Of a stretch of 64,000 bases of DNA, positions 62,878 to 64,000 are shown one piece after another. Below the pieces are notes generated by a model. That model saw nothing but the letters and a program-made list of their open reading frames with translations, did no database searches and was not told the origin of the DNA. Every line of letters starts with the position of its first letter. The stretch's first letter is position 1. The translations under genes and the position numbers were made by a program. This DNA comes from Eledone cirrhosa. Taxonomy: Eukaryota. The stretch lies in the NCBI GenBank assembly GCA_964016885.1, contig OZ024740.1, positions 206,212,001-206,276,000 of the forward strand. The letters run 5' to 3'.

Positions 62878-64000
62878 AGAAAATTCAAGCATGTTTTACA
62901 ACGTGAGGACCAGAAACAGGAGGTATTCAAGATTGCGAGGCAGTGTGTCAGAGATAGTTGTGATGTCATTGGAGAGAAGTGTATCCGGAATGATAAAGGT
63001 GAGCTTGCCCTCACAAGTGCTGAGAAGAAAGATGCATGGAAGAGTCATTATGATAGATTACTAAATGAGGAGAATGCATGGGAAGAAGAGACCCTACCCC
63101 ACGTAGACCCTATAGAGGGACCAGCAGTACAAGTCAGCGGCAGCGTAGTAAGTAAGGCAATCAGAGATATGAAGATAGGGAAGGCAACCGGTCCATCGGG
63201 TATAGCTGCCGAGATGCTGAAGGCATCTGGGTCTGTAGGTCACACTATAACCACACGTATCGTTAACCAGGTAATACTAGAGGGGGCCATACCAAAAGAT
63301 TGGTGCAGTAGCATCATTGTCAACTGCTACAAAGGTAAAGGCGATGCACTAGATAGAGGAAACTATAGAGGTATAAAGTTGATGGACCAGGTCATGAAAG
63401 TAACAGAAAGAGTTATAGCACAGCTGATTAGGGACCGGGTGAATATAGACGAGATGCAATTTGGGTTTGTACCAGGGAAAGGCACCACTGATGCGCTCTT
63501 CCTTGTGAGGCAATTACAGGAAAAGTACCTAGCTAAAAGTAAGCCACTCTACTTGGCATTTGTCGACCTTGAGAAAGCCTTTGACAGAGTTCCACGTGCA
63601 GTAATCTGGTGGGCTCTTAGAAAACTAGGAGTAGATGAATGGCTTGTGAAAGCGGTACAAGCCATGTATAGGGGAGCAGTCAGCAAAGTTAGGATTGGCA
63701 ATGAGTATAGCGAGGAATTTAGCGTACAGGTTGGGGTCCACCAGGGCTCTGTTCTTAGCCCTCTCCTGTTCATCATAGTCCTGCAGGCAATAACGGAGGA
63801 GTTTAAGACCGGATGCCCATGGGAACTCCTGTATGCTGATGACCTCGCACTCATAGCTGAATCTATGGTAGAACTAGAGAATAAATTCCAAACCTGGAAG
63901 CAGGGACTAGAGAGAAAGGGCCTCAAAGTCAACATGACAAAGACTAAGGTCCTTATAAGTAGACGAGAAAACAGAACCCAGATCCCCTCAGGGAAATGGC
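62878..64000 (+). mobile_element. Young 5'-truncated RTE LINE; RT frame open to window end
   Basis: Uninterrupted frame [11 protein letters not shown]...NYRGIKL...QFGF...GVHQGS...LLYADD...PSGKW. Confidence 0.93.

Overview
AT-rich, intron-rich, repeat-dense animal genomic DNA; the SINE/RTE repertoire suggests an octopod cephalopod (inference). Three protein genes: an intronless MPV17L2-like CDS (+, 5441-6031); a 5-exon ribosomal protein S6 gene (-, 22817 to 11982); and, head-to-head with RPS6, the 5' part of a multi-exon SQ/TQ-rich gene resembling TP53BP1 (+, 23527 to beyond 58185). The standout is RPS6: its last exon runs without a stop about 675 codons past the normal C-terminus into a Lys/Ala/Pro/Gln-rich, histone-H1-like tandem-repeat tail (predicted protein 921 aa). 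RPS6 intron 2 carries three tandemly duplicated box H/ACA snoRNA candidates whose 3' pocket fits the LSU rRNA peptidyl-transferase region. The rest is mostly mobile DNA: RTE LINEs with an embedded PHD-like finger, Penelope-like elements with hammerhead ribozyme motifs, mariner/Tc1, piggyBac, hAT, Merlin-like and Ginger-like MITEs, Helitron ends, two SINE families and micro/minisatellites. All family assignments are by eye and from recall; no searches were run.
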